A stretch of DNA of 64,000 bases from Asterias rubens. Taxonomy: Eukaryota. Numbering within the stretch: the stretch's first letter is position 1; every line of letters begins with the position of its first letter. The stretch spans positions 186,001 to 250,000 of the forward strand of contig NC_047079.1 of the NCBI RefSeq assembly GCF_902459465.1, written 5' to 3'. Both the position numbers and the translations under genes were made by a program. The notes below the pieces were generated by a model. The model was not told the DNA's origin, made no database searches, and worked only from the letters and a program-made list of their open reading frames with translations. This document shows positions 12,546-24,320 of the stretch, piece after piece.

Positions 12546-12677
12546 GGAAAAGTTTCCGTATGGCGCCACCACTTTTTCATTCGATATGAAATAATATAGT
12601 ATCTAATTTACCTCAATGAGATATCCCTTTTTGTAAAAATTAGTGAAAAAGTGGTGGCGCCATACGGAAAGTAATCC
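12546..12677. mobile_element. 132-bp MITE family E (TIR GGA(A/T)AA(G/C)TTTCCGTATGGCGCCACCACTTTTTCA); other copies 41796-41927, 54563-54694, 54915-55046, 55557-55664
   Basis: Five highly similar copies with ~34-bp inverted ends; no TSD is evident. Confidence 0.88.
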
Positions 12678-12939
12678 ATTATTAATTAATAATATTATCT
12701 CACCTGTATCTCACCTTGGGGGATAAAGAACATCGACAGAATTAAGTTGTTGGGACCAAGAATTCCTCTTGACTAGGCTGCTTGTGTTTTGTTGTTGTGA
12801 AAAGATAAAACATCTGAGTTGGTATTGCGCCCTCAACTCAGCCGAACGAAAAACCGAAGCCGTGGATTCGAAACGGGGATACGAGTATCCCTAAAAAAAA
12901 ATGGGCAACCTGAAACCGAACTAGCTGCTGAAGGTTGTG

Positions 12940-13119
12940 TAGCCTTTAGTCAAGGCGCACGCGGTACTATACACCGGATGGCACGCACAACCCCAAAAAT
13001 GTCAAGCATGCACGAAAAAGACTATACGCCATTCGCGCTGATAGTATTTTTTTCGTGCGTTACATTTTTGGGGTTGTGCGTGCCATCCGGTGTGCCGCGT
13101 GCGCCTTGACTAAAGGCTA
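12940..13119. mobile_element. Fold-back MITE with 9-bp TSD (Mutator-like)
   Basis: Almost fully palindromic 180 bp (TAGCCTTTAGTCAAGGCGCACGCGG...CCGCGTGCGCCTTGACTAAAGGCTA) flanked by identical AAGGTTGTG at 12931-12939 and 13120-13128. Confidence 0.85.
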
Positions 13120-13153
13120 AAGGTTGTGTCGTCTCGTCGTACTCTGACCCGAG

Positions 13154-13387
13154 CAAAGATTATAGAGCGCCGCAAGGCGCAAGATGCGGAATTCGGGCTG
13201 AAATGTGAAATCCCACTGGACGCCATTTCGGCAAGTAACTCTTTTGATACAACAAGTAGATCAGTGCAGATCAGTGCAGACAATGACCATTCCTATCAAT
13301 GGGAAACAAAACATTCACTTGCTGAAATGGCGCCCATGCGTATTTCACGTTCCGCATCTTGCGCCTTGCGGCGCTCTATAATCTTTG
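13154..13387. mobile_element. MITE with perfect 38-bp TIRs and 8-bp TSD (P-element- or hAT-like)
   Basis: TIR CAAAGATTATAGAGCGCCGCAAGGCGCAAGATGCGGAA at 13154-13191 and 13350-13387; TSD GACCCGAG at 13146-13153 and 13388-13395. Confidence 0.9.
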
Positions 13388-14237
13388 GACCCGAGGTAGT
13401 AAGGGGAAATTGTGTTGTACACGCAATCAATCTGCAGTCTGCGGCGATTGCTCATAAGTTCATATCATTGATTTCCTAGAAATGAAAATGATGCAATTAG
13501 TGTTTCACTTCTTCAGTGTTTTCTTTTAATCAAGGTTTGTATGAATGATTGTGCATCAAAGCAGATGGACAACAAACCGGGCAAACCAGTCTTCGATACC
13601 GTCCGTGTAGGAACAATTCTTTCGACTTTTTGATCGTCTCTGCAGCATCCCCCACCCACCACCTCTCTCTGTTTATTCATCAGCAGAACAGACATCAATT
13701 GTCGTCGCCTTTTACATTGGTAATTGACCAAATCCAGCAGAAATGTTTGTTTGTTTACTTTCAAGTTTCATGACTTAAACTTTTTTTGGTAAATTTGTTG
13801 TTTTTGTCCGCCCCCGCCCCCACCTCAGTTGCTTGTATTTGTAAACCTGCATCCTTCCATCCTCCTCTCTGGTCTGTTCTATGTCTGTCAGGAATATTGG
13901 GTATTTTAAAGCATACACTTATGCAATTGTCATTTCTCACGTCAGGTACATATATACAATGTGCAGTCCAGTAGACGTCATACGTGAGAATGAAGTAAGC
14001 CCAATGGGGACATCCTATAGACAAAATACAATTTATTGACGTTCACGTTGATGTTTTTGCTCGCCTAATGTGCAGCTAAACCTCGCTAATATCACAAACA
14101 AATGATTTGTGGTCAAGTGATACTTCAATTTTCTCTAGAATATTCGAGATGACATGTAGTATCTATAATGTTTATTGATTAAAACTTGTTAATATTGCCT
14201 TTATAGATTGTTGTGACTCGCACAACCAACATTGACA

Positions 14238-17200
14238 ATGAGTAAACGAGTCAGCACAACAGCTACAGCCAGATTGAAGCAAGATTACATGAGAATAAAG
14301 AAAGATCCAGTGCCTTATGTTACAGCTTCACCACTCTCATCAAATATACTTGAATGGTAAGCAAAGTCATGCCACAAATTGATGCATGGATTTTAAAGGC
14401 AGTGGACACTATTGGTAATTGTCAAAGACTAGCCCTCACAGTTGGTGTATCTCAACATATGCATAAAATAACTAACCTGTGAAAATTTGAGCACAATCGG
14501 TCATCGGAGTTGCGAGATAATGAAGAAAGAAAAACACACCTTTGTACGTGTAACACGAAGTTGTGTGCGGTTAGATGGTTGATTTCGAGACCTCAAGTTC
14601 TAAATCTGAGGTCTCAAAATCAAAGTTGTGGAAAATTTATACTTCTTTCTCGAAAACTATGGCACTTCAGATGGAGCCGTTTCTCACAATGTTTTATACT
14701 ACCAAACTTTCCCTATTACCCATTACCAAGCAAGGTTTTTTTTTTATGCTAATAATTATTTTGAGTAATTACCAATGGTGTCCACTGCCTTTAATCTCTA
14801 TCAGCACTCCTCCATGAGTTCAAATCATATAAAAATTACATAAAAGACAACTTAAACATTTGGCTTGCAGGTAGACTAAACCATAATACAGTGACAGATT
14901 CTCAACTAATATCTTCTTAGCAGAATAAGTTTCTAGAAACACTTTTGTTATGAAATGCCATTGTAACTTATCACTACCGCATCCCATATCCAACCAGGCC
15001 TGGAGTCTAGTTGAATATAGAATACCGATAGACTAAAAATGTTTCCGATATACACAAGCTTGCATGTTGACTAAATGTTTCCGATATCCACAAGCTTGCA
15101 TGTAAAAACAAATTTATCTTTAAGCAAACTTGATTCATAGTTTAGAATAGGTGATTAAACAGGATTTGATATGGGCTGTAGGTTCATATAAGACTATTGT
15201 TACTATGACTCCCGTCCTCTACTTACATCTCTCCACACTGGCTCTCCGTAAAAGAAAGAGTTCTCTTCAAAGTACTTTTGTTTGTTTTTAAAGCCTTCCT
15301 GACCAGACGCCATTTTATATATCAAGGATTGCTTTACATTTCATAACCCATTCCTAGGACCCGAAGCAAATCTGGCAATCGCACATTCACTGTAACTGCA
15401 TCCACAGAATGGAACAACATCCCTTCTTTCATTAAAGCCACTAAATCCACAGACCAATTAAAAAAACTTCTGAAAACACATCTCTTCCCTGTTTAAGCTT
15501 CTCTCTTTTTCTCATTCTTTTCAAACATTGTGTTTGTAGATTTTCAATAAGATTTTGTTGTTTATTGTGCATTTTCAGTTTTTGTAAGCGCTGTGTTATA
15601 GTTTTCTAAGGGGAGTGTTTCTAAATACCTGTTGTTATTCTTATTCTTATTATGGATCATCCAATTAGAATCAAGGATTTGAGTTTGCTTAAAGATGCTG
15701 AATGGCAGTCACTGAAGCATACTGAATGATGCATTGTACATAGCTGATAGTGCTTTATGAAGACATAGACAAATTCCCGGTATTGTGATTTGTTCATCTT
15801 AGTGTTGAATAATTGATTATGATATTCCAGGCATTATGTGGTAAGAGGACCAGAAGGAACACCTTATGAAGGAGGGCTTTATCATGGCAAACTAGTCTTC
15901 CCAAGAGAATTCCCATTTAAACCTCCAAGTATCTACATGATAACACCCAATGGAAGATTCAAGTGTAACACAAGGTTAGTCAATTATTCACCAAATTAAC
16001 AATCCTATAGTTTCACATAATGCCAAGATTCCTCAATGTCTCCAATTGTCGGTTTTCCTGTCATTGTATTTGAATAGTTCATCAGTGCCACAGATTTTCA
16101 CTGCAGAACTTAACCAAGGTTGAGAACATTATCTCTCCCAACAGTGATTGGAATTCTATTGTAATTAAGCACAGCTGGTGCTGCGACAGTTTACCGTTCT
16201 CTTTGAAGCACTTTGTGCAATGGCTCTACTATCTATATTACTATTAGCGTGTGTGACACTGTGGTATATTAAGGTATGGGTTGGCGTTAGAAACATGCTG
16301 ATAGATCACGCACAAGAATTATTGCTTATTGTTATTGATTTTATACATCATCAGGGAACACTGGATTGGGTGTGGTTTCAATCTGACAGATTCAATCTGA
16401 GAAAAAGACCTGTACTTGTTGGTAATAGACTGATCCATTAAGCACAACCCATTTGCACAACCAAAAGTCCGCCACTATAAAGTCCGACATGCGCTTGGTG
16501 TGCTGTTAATTGACTGAGCAGAAGGTGTGGTCCATAAACAGCAGCCAGCCACCAGTCAAGGTCATTACCTCACAGTGATGAACCAGATTATCACACCAAC
16601 TACCCGCATGCTGGTGTGACTTTGTTCGGCGACCTTAACCACCTTGAAACCAGTCAGATTTGCTGTGGGAATGGGCTGTCCCAAGTGGTGAACCAACCTA
16701 CACGTAAAGACGCAATCCTTGACCAAATCATCACCAACCTGGCATGTTACTACAATGTCCCTGAAATATGTTCCCCGGTTGGCACCGTAAGCGACCATTC
16801 TTCAGTTCTTTGGTCGCCTCTGAACAGCACCCTCACAAAGATCAACACAACGCGATCCCGAGTTGTACGACCTATGAGAGACTCAGACATCAGAGCGTTT
16901 GGAGTTTGGATTGTGGATCATGACTGGCCAGAAGTTCATGGACAAACAAGTGCTACCGAGAAATGTGATGCGTTTTATGACACCTTGCAATCCAAAATAG
17001 ACCACTACTTCCCTACAAAAACCATGACACTCCATAGTACCGACAAACCTTGGATGACCACCTACGTCAAACGTCTTATCCGGAAGCGCCAACACGTTTT
17101 CCACCACGAGCATCGTTCTTGCAAATGGAAACGACTACAAAACAAGGTCCGTCGTGAAATCGCCAAGGCCAAAGAAGAACATTTCAAAACGAGAGTCCAA

Positions 17201-19161
17201 TGACACAAAAAAGCTAACCCAGCAGAGTGGTATAAGCAGATTAAACTCATGGCTAACTTGAACAACTCTCAATCATGTATACAACCTCCTCCAGGCGTTG
17301 ACTCCCAAGATTTTCAAGCCATTGCTAGCGGTATTAACGACACCTTTGCTTCGGTTGCTAAAGATCTGGAAGCCCTTGACACTTCTCAACTCCCTGTGTA
17401 TCGACCTGATCAACATCCCTGTCCCATTGTTCAGGACTACGAAGTTTACGACATGTTGAGGAAGACAAAGCCAGGGAAAGCCCCTGGACCTGATGGTATA
17501 TCTGCACGGTTAATCAGAGAGTTCGCGTACGAACTTAGCAAACCCCTCTCGAGCATCCTCAATCAATCCTACCATGAAGGTATTGTCCCACCTCGATGGA
17601 AGAGAGCTGTGGTCGTCCCTATTCCCAAATCTAAACCAGCGACTTGGGACAAGTTAAGACCAATATCCCTGACTGACCACTTTGCGAAAGTTGCGGAAGG
17701 CTTCATGGCTAAGTGGCTGCGCAAGGACTTGGATAAATCTATAGACCCCAACCAGTACGGTAATTGTAGGGGAGTCTCTACCACTCATTACCTGGCGAAA
17801 CTTATGGACACTTTGCTCATGAATTCTGATAAGCCTGGTCACGTAAGCTCTGTTGTTATCACTGATTTTAGCAAGGCATTCGATCTAGTTGACCATAATG
17901 TTCTCCTGAGAAAACTCATCTCCCTCGACGTTCGGCCATCGGTTGTTACGTGGGTTGCCAGTTTTCTCACCGAAAGAGAACAATGTGTTCGCTACCAAGG
18001 TGAAACCAGCGATTGGATCAAGTTAAATGGTGGAGTACCCCAAGGCACTCGCATTGGCCCACTTGGTTTTGTAACCATGGTGAATGATGCAGCCTCTGAT
18101 ACCTCCCTTACATCCCTGAAGTACGTTGATGATCTAACCTTGATTGAGACAAGAGCGCATAAAGAACCATCTGTCATGCAAGATCATCTGGATGAACTTG
18201 AGAACTGGGCCGCAGTGAACCATATGAAACTTAATCCTGAGAAATGTGCTTCCATGCAAGTATCTTTCATGAAACACAGCCCCGTTCAAAATTGCCAATG
18301 TTACTTAATACAGACTGTGGAAGTTGCACAAATTCTAGGTGTTCACATACGGTCTGATTTAAAATGGGATAGTCAGATTGCAGAAATGCTTAAAAAGGCT
18401 AATGGCAGATTGTATCTACTGAAACTTCTTAAGCGCTTCAAATTGCCAATGGATGATCTTATCACCATCTTCTCTGGTTTCGTACGTCCCCTGGCAGAAT
18501 ATGCTGCCCCTGTGTGGCATCCTGGTCTTACTGCCAAGGAGAGCGCTGCACTGGAACGAGTTCAGAGAAGGGCTTGTAGGATCATCCTTGGCAATCAGTA
18601 CACACAGTATGATGAGGCACTTGAACTCTGTAAGTTATCCACATTGTTTGATAGACGAGAACAGCTTTGCCTTAATTTCTTCAAATCACTAATGAAATCA
18701 GAGCGTTTCCATAGTTGGGTCCCTCCAAAGAAGAGTACCATCCACAATAGAGACCTAAGGAACTCAAACAAACTGTCCGTTCCTAGATGTAGAACAACTC
18801 GCTGTCAGAAAAACCCTCTCATATAATGGCTAATTTGTGGAACAACAGTTCTGTTTGACTTTGATTTTTTTTTTTTTTTTTCCCATCCGGACCCCATAGT
18901 TCTCCAGCCTGTGCTTATGACTCATGGCTTGTTGTATTTTGTTACCTGGTTCGATTCGTACAATATTAATTGTTTTTTTATTGCATTCCGTTTTATAAAG
19001 CTCTTTTGGTCTTGTTTGTGTTGCAGAGTTCTTGTTAAATGCTGTATTTGTTTAGTCCAAGTGTGTACATGCGTTTTTGTTCCTTTTTGTGTGTGCTGGT
19101 GAGGTGTGTGGTTTGCTGTTTAATTTTATTCCCCTTTTTGCTTGTGTATTTTATATTATTA

Positions 19162-19203
<42 letters not shown>

Positions 19204-19305
19204 TAATTGTTGTTCTCTTAATGATGTTCTTTTAATCTTTTTAAAATATTGTATCATAGTTGCAATTCAGTTTTTATGCTGTGATGGCTATTGTCAATAA
19301 ACCTT

Positions 19306-19341
<36 letters not shown>

Positions 19342-22300
19342 TATTCCCATTACCGTTATTTTTTGCTTATCCTGTGTATAAACCGCAATGCCCCCCAAAA
19401 TAAAAAACAAGATCTAGGTGTCAGCATATAAACTGCCCGGCATATAAACCGCAGTCACAAGCGCACCAAGAGAGAGGCTGTGCGTATTTGCAGTCCTTTG
19501 TGGCGATGTGCAGTGAGTGGCAGTGTCGTCACATCAGTCATTGTACTTTGCCACAAAGTGTGAATTTAGTGCAATAAAGTATGTATTAAAGTTAACACTA
19601 TAGATTGCTGTAATTGTCCACTTCTTTTTTATTGGTATCGCAGTCTTTGAGTATAAAGTCTCTGCTGGGCAGTTTATATTCAAACCAAACCAGTTTTTCG
19701 CTCAATGACGCTACTGCTACAATCAGCATCAAATATACACTCAGAAATCTGCTTACCAATATCACTTCGTGCAAATTTATTGAATTTGTTTATCTTGATA
19801 CAGGTTATGTTTGTCAATAAGTGACTTTCATCCAGATACATGGAACCCAGCATGGTCTGTGTCTACTATTCTTACTGGACTCCTAAGCTTCATGGTAGAA
19901 AAGAATCCTACATTGGGTAGCATAGAAACATCAGATTACACAGTAAGTACCTCACATTGGGTAGCATAGAAACATCAGATTACACAGTAAGTACCTCACA
20001 TTGGGTAGCATAGAAACATCAGATTACACAGTAAGTCACAAGGATTTATCCCTCACATTGGGCAGTATAATAAATGATTTTTTTAGAAACTTTAACAATA
20101 TCGCCAATATCGATGTTGGTTTTGAAATTATCGAAATATCGTTACAGAATGATTTTTGTTTTTCAAAGAAGGTATCTTCTAAAAACACCTTCGCGTCTTT
20201 TCCCATGGATTTCTCACAATCTCACAGCAGTCAGTTTAGTTTGGGTTGATGCAGTTAATCTTTGAGGTTTGTTTTTTTTACTTCAAATTAAGTTTTCGCT
20301 TAATGCATATACTTTGTTTACATCCTCATGTCTAGTCATAGTGGTCTCTCTTTTCAGCGCTTAAGCTGGACAACATTCTTGAAGCGTTTATGTGCTGTGT
20401 GAATATTTATGACGTAGGCCTGATGTTTCTTCAGCGCTGCCATCACAGAGCGGTATTCATCACCTTGATCCAATGGTTATTCTAGTACTTTATTAGTAGG
20501 AGATGAATGAACTGAGTGTTGCCGTGGCCGAGCGTGGGTGCGAAGCTGTAGGGGAAATTCCCTTGGACAGAAATCACCATGCCGTCAACTCACTCGGTGC
20601 CGTCGATCCACCATCAACACCTCCAATAATACATTTTAAAATCCACTAAACAGTCTGGAACTGTAAAGTATTAGCCAAAAGATAATTTTTATTAGTTTTA
20701 GTTACATTTCGGTTATAAAAATTGAGTTTTTTTTATCGTGGAAAAATTATTTCCAAGCGGCAAAGCCGTCGACCGCCATCTTGCTTTTTTTCACAGAGCT
20801 TGTGCATCAAGGACAATAAAGGACAATTCCTGCATTTTGAGTTGTCGCGGCCCAAGACGTAATGATCAGTACCGCGTAGTTAATTATGGACTGTGCTTTG
20901 TGTAAATTGATCGTTGGCGCGTTGAAGGCGAGTTGACGAACACAAGCAAGTTTACTGTAAATATTTGCGTATGATGATTGTGAATGCATTGGAGTAAAAA
21001 TAGCGGCACCAGATTTGTAGAGATCGCAACTGACTCCAATCGATTGAGGTACAAATATGATTTGATTACATCAGAGCCAGTGATGTAAACACTCAAATGT
21101 AACCTGTTCTGTTTCATGGAATATGGATGTTAATTCTGTGATTTTCATATCTAGGATTTGAGGCATTGCATGGTGAGGTATCAATGTATTGGTTTGCGGT
21201 AACACCATGTGTTTATCTACTTGCCAGGTAGAGTTCGTTCTTAGAGAACTGTCTTGCTTAATTCTACTACTGCGGAGTAGATTGTTCGGGTGTTCGGGAG
21301 ACTTCTCAGTTCTAAAAAAGAACTGTCCTGCTTATTAACTATTACCTGGACGGATGGTGTAGAAATAGGCTGGGACTACTACTTTACCTTATAGGATCGT
21401 AATTAACTGCACTACCGCAGAGTCAGTTCTTGGGTTGGTCTCAACGTTTTGACTAACTTGGTCTAGTCATCATTGTTGGTTGATGGGTTCAAGAGTATCA
21501 GAATAGAAATGGAATGTACTCAACCATTACGATGAACTGTCAAACGGGTCGCCATGTTTGCACATGTCTCTATTATCGTGTACCAACTACACCTTCACAT
21601 AATATGATGCAAAGTATAGGATGGGTACTTAGTGCATATTACAACAGAAGCAGCTCATAACATATAGTCAATATTAATAATAATAATATCAAAGTCTTAT
21701 ATATATGTAGCGCACATATCTAACAAACAGGGTACTCAAGGCGCTGAGTATACAAACTTTCAGAAAGATATGTTATTGCAGTGATGAATCCTAATAATAA
21801 TAATAATAATAATAAGACTTGTAATGCGCACATATCCACCCTGCTTGGTGTTCAAGGCGCAGTAAAACCAAAAACAAAACAAAAACAAAACACAACACTA
21901 AGAAAAACAGACACAACAAAAATTAGTCATTGAAACCCTGTGACATAAGATAAGTTTTGAGAAGAGACTTGAATTTTACGGTACAAACACAAGATCGAAG
22001 ATTAAGTGGTAGAGAGTTCCAGATGCGTGGCGCGGCTGAAGAAAAAAAGAGACCCAATCAGCACCTTCTAAGGATTTACAAGGTTCACAATTTAGCAATC
22101 ATTGTTTGTAGTTGTTTTGCATTAATATATTGATTTTATCATTTTGTGCATTCTAGAAAAGACAGTTGAGTGTCCAGAGTGGCCCATTTAACCTGAACAA
22201 CCAAACATTCTGTGAGTTGTTTCCGGATATTGCTGAGGTATGCTTGTTATGTTCTTAACATTTTTATCTAAAGATTTTTACATGTTAAAGTATCCGTGTG

Positions 22301-24320
22301 GAATAGCCATCTGTTACAAACAGTAATGGTTTTGTTAATAAAATGAGTTTTATAAATGTTACATAATGAATGATATTTACCAATCATTTCAACATTTTAG
22401 GACCTCGATTGCAATTTGTACTTTGCAATTCTATTTTCTTGTCCTGTCTGTCATATCTGTACAGTCTTCTCAGTATGTGCCAAACCAACATTCATATCTT
22501 TCATGCTTAAAAGCAGTGGACACTATTCCTATTTACTCAAAACAATTATTAGCATAAAACCTTACTAGGTAACAAGTAATGGGGAGAGGTTGATAGGATA
22601 AAAAAAATAGTGAGAAACAGCTGCCTCTGAAGTGACGTAGTTTTCGAGAAAGAAGTAATTTTCAACGAATTTGATTTTGAGACCTCAGAATTAGACTTTG
22701 AGGTCTTAAAATCAAGCATCTGGAAGCACACAACTTCGTGTGACAAGGGTGTTTTTTCTTTCATAGTTATCTCAAATTTGCACAGGTTTGTTATTTTATG
22801 CATTAGGTCTTTGACAGTTACCAATAGTGTCCAGTGTCTTTAAAGTATTCTCTACAACTATCGTGGAACACAAACCACACCTTTCCCTCACCTGAAATTG
22901 TTTACAGAACATCAAAAAAATATCTGGATCTGGTTAAGTGTTATTGATTTTACTTTCCTTTCACAAGGTGCGTGTGGTGGCACACTGTAACCCTAGAACA
23001 TTATACATTGTACTGCTTGCTAAATGTAAGCTATTAAAGGAACACGTTGCCTTGGATCGGACGAGTTGGTCTTTGAAAAGCGTTTGAAACCGTTTGTTAT
23101 AAAATGCTTATGATTAGAAAGATGTTTTAAAAGTAGAATACAATGATCCACACAAACATGCCTCGAAATTGCGTGGTTTTCCTTTTACCTCGTCGACTAA
23201 CACAGTCTCCCATTTGTGGGAGTCAACTTTTTGACTCCCATAAATGGCTGACCGTGTTAGTTCGCAAAGTAAAAGGAAAACCATGCAATTTCGAGGCAAA
23301 TTTGTATGGATCATTGTACATGTATTCTACTTTTAAATCATCTTTCGAACCATATGCATTTTATAGCAAACGGTTACAAACGCTTTTCAAATACCAACTC
23401 GACCGATCCAAGGCAACGTGTTCCTTTAAGCATTGTTCAGTCCAGGTTATTTTGAAAGTAGAAGATGGAGATTTTTCCAGCTTGACATGACAAGTAGTAA
23501 AGTCGGACATCTTTATTAGGACTGATTTATTTTCTGTATCGCACACTTATGCCTGACGGTATGCTTGATGCGGCTCAAAGACAAAACCCAAGTTGCCCAT
23601 AGAGCTTGTGTTTATAGGGACATTACTGTGGAGCTTGATCTTTAAAGACACTGTACACGTTTGGTAATTTTCAAAGATCAGTGTTCTCACTTGGTGTATC
23701 CCATCGTAGGCATAAACTAACAAGCCTGTGAAAATTTGGTCTCAATCGGTCATTGAAGTTGCGAGAAAATGTTGAAAGAAAAAACACCCTTGTTGGACGA
23801 ATTTGTGTGCTTTCAGATAAGAATAAAAGACTTCTAGCTAGAAGTCTTTTATTATTTTAGTGAGAAATTACCTCTTTCTCAAAAACTACATTACTTCAGA
23901 GGGAGTCGTTTCCCACAATGTTTGATACTATCAACAGCTCTCCAATGATCGTTACTAAGTCAGTTTTTAAGTTTTGAGTAATTACCAAACGTGTACCTTC
24001 CCTTTGAGGGTGAGTTTTATATACCTGATGAAATGAAATTGTTATTGTATTACTTTTTGATCCTGATTGATCAACAGGAAGTAAGAGCAACCATTCGACG
24101 GAGAGAAGAGGAAATCAGAGCCAGTACAGAATCCTCCTCAATACCTGGTCATTCATCAAGGCAAGCAAACACTGTAGACGGTCAACTACCACTAGGTCAT
24201 CAAGGACCACAAGGCATTGTAGGAAGTACACTAGCCAATGTACTGGTCATTGTTGGCTTTGCTGCATTTGCATATACTGTCAAGTATGTATTGAAGAGCA
24301 TAGCACATACCCAGGAATAA
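14238..24320 (+). CDS. UBE2J2: Ubiquitin-conjugating enzyme E2 J2 (Ubc6-type tail-anchored ERAD E2)
   Basis: Exons 14238-14356, 15831-15974, 19804-19942, 22157-22237, 24078-24320, phases consistent. Translation [27 protein letters not shown]...[72 protein letters not shown]..., with C-terminal [23 protein letters not shown]. Closely matches the vertebrate UBE2J2 sequence as I recall it. Confidence 0.96.
14397..14790. mobile_element. MITE family A, complete (UBE2J2 intron 1)
   Basis: TTAA|AGGCAGTGGACAC...GTGTCCACTGCCT|TTAA, opposite internal orientation to the 4127 copy. Confidence 0.9.
15205..15640 (+). mobile_element. L2-group LINE 3' fragment (UBE2J2 intron 1)
   Basis: [21 protein letters not shown]...[17 protein letters not shown]...KKLLKTHLF, followed by an AT-rich tail. 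Confidence 0.7.
16570..19341 (+). mobile_element. 5'-truncated CR1/L2-group (Crack/Daphne-like) non-LTR retrotransposon with APE endonuclease C-terminus and reverse transcriptase
   Basis: ORFs 16616-17203 (GDLN...[14 protein letters not shown]...SDH) and 17249-18826 ([33 protein letters not shown]) are in the same frame, separated by one TGA at 17201-17203. The 3' UTR carries AATAAA (~19296) and a (TATC)8 tail at 19307-19341. Confidence 0.92.
19909..20062 (+). repeat. 44-bp tandem triplication spanning the 3' end of UBE2J2 exon 3 and its splice donor
   Basis: CATTGGGTAGCATAGAAACATCAGATTACACAGTAAGT(ACCTCA) starts at 19911, 19955 and 19999. Confidence 0.97.
21180..21480. mobile_element. Penelope-like terminal-repeat remnant; related pieces at ~47700-47830 and ~52965-53032
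   Basis: Shared tatctacttg(c/t)caggtagagtt(c/t)gttctt(a/g)gagaactgtcttgct with 52986-53030; the minus strand carries a decayed TGA-tgactag-accaag-ttagtc-aAAACGTT-gaga motif. Confidence 0.4.
21795..22056 (-). mobile_element. L2-group LINE 3' fragment with (TTA)n tail
   Basis: Reverse complement reads [18 protein letters not shown]...FKSLLKTYL, then a 3' UTR and a (TTA)n tail. Confidence 0.7.
22511..22839. mobile_element. MITE family A copy
   Basis: TTAA|AAGCAGTGGACACTATT...ATAGTGTCCAGTGTCT|TTAA. Confidence 0.85.
23038..23425. mobile_element. TTAA-flanked MITE family B (TIR AGGAACACGTTGCCTTGGATCGG)
   Basis: TTAA|AGGAACACGTTGCCTTGGATCGG...CCGATCCAAGGCAACGTGTTCCT|TTAA. Related copies at ~29665-30002 (partial) and 49857-50208. 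Confidence 0.9.
23646..24004. mobile_element. MITE family A variant directly upstream of the last UBE2J2 exon
   Basis: TTAA|AGACACTGTACACGTTTGGTAATT...AATTACCAAACGTGTAC; internal similarity to family A. Confidence 0.75.

Larger units (their letters stand above)
12700..14205. promoter_or_regulatory. Probable bidirectional promoter region of the JmjC/EF-hand gene (-) and UBE2J2 (+)
   Basis: Both first coding exons begin at splice acceptors (10827 minus, ~14208 plus), so non-coding first exons lie between them. Minus-strand donors AG|GTGAG occur at ~12705 and ~12716, and the region is CpG-richer. Confidence 0.55.
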
